Assembly (NCBI GenBank): GCA_946480835.1
Contig: CAMLLC010000010.1
Location: 2,858-66,857, forward strand
DNA: 64,000 nt
Direction of reading: 5' to 3'
Origin: an uncultured Ventosimonas sp.
GTDB taxonomy: Bacteria > Pseudomonadota > Gammaproteobacteria > Pseudomonadales > Pseudomonadaceae
In this document: positions 63,802 to 64,000 of the stretch, one piece after another
Position numbering within the stretch: position 1 is the stretch's first letter
How the letters are laid out: each line of letters starts with the position of its first letter
The notes under the pieces: generated by a model
Seen by the model: only the letters and a program-made list of their open reading frames with translations
The model's database searches: none
What the model was told of the DNA's origin: nothing
Translations under genes and position numbers: made by a program

Positions 63802-64000
63802 ATAGCTACTCACTATTAACGCAAATAGCCATTGCCAAGAGCTTTCACTAGCTATAAAAGGCCATTGCCTAAAAATATACTTCTCATAAATAACTTTTGC
63901 TTTTGCCTGTTAACCAACAGCTATCTCTGCTTACTGGTAATTTATTAGTAAAGGCTCGTACGATATTAATAAACCCCGTTTTATTTTTCTACAAACACAT

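Noticed and set aside
63802-64000. Possible decayed minus-strand gene at the window end, with a repeated GCCATTGCC
   Set aside because: The frames are stop-riddled, no family is recognisable, and the repeat is too short.

Overview
AT-rich (roughly 36-38% GC by eye) bacterial chromosomal window. Its proteins are mostly Pseudomonadaceae-type, which fits an insect-gut Entomomonas-like organism (inference). Most of it is housekeeping: gpmI-envC-ctpA, nth, gloA, argG, smpB, a MexAB-OprM/TtgABC-type RND operon, prlC, a CrbS/MxtR-type SLC5-STAC hybrid kinase, gap, lpxO, pip-dtd, thiDE, recN, glmU, the full atp operon and parBA-rsmG-mnmG. The best candidate for an undescribed system is a two-gene unit (6261-10437) attached to the end of the gpmI-envC-ctpA operon. 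It encodes a full-length but divergent Hsp90/HtpG paralogue and a 768-aa cytoplasmic TPR-like protein with a 7-Cys cluster (including CxxCxxC), and it ends in a perfect 14-bp inverted repeat. Features missed by the ORF track: a PrrF-family sRNA with a perfect Fur box (about 59-205, minus strand), a possible PrrF pairing site over the RBS of a lipid A-type acyltransferase gene, a TtgR-type operator upstream of the RND operon with no adjacent repressor, and a deletion scar joining remnants of a divergent isochorismatase/GlxA-AraC pair. Right of mnmG lies an accessory block with an acetoin reductase, a Neisseria-type metNIQ, an OprD porin and a nonsense-interrupted PhyH dioxygenase. No tRNA, rRNA, CRISPR array, IS element or prophage was recognised. 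Family assignments come from motif recognition and recall, not from database searches.
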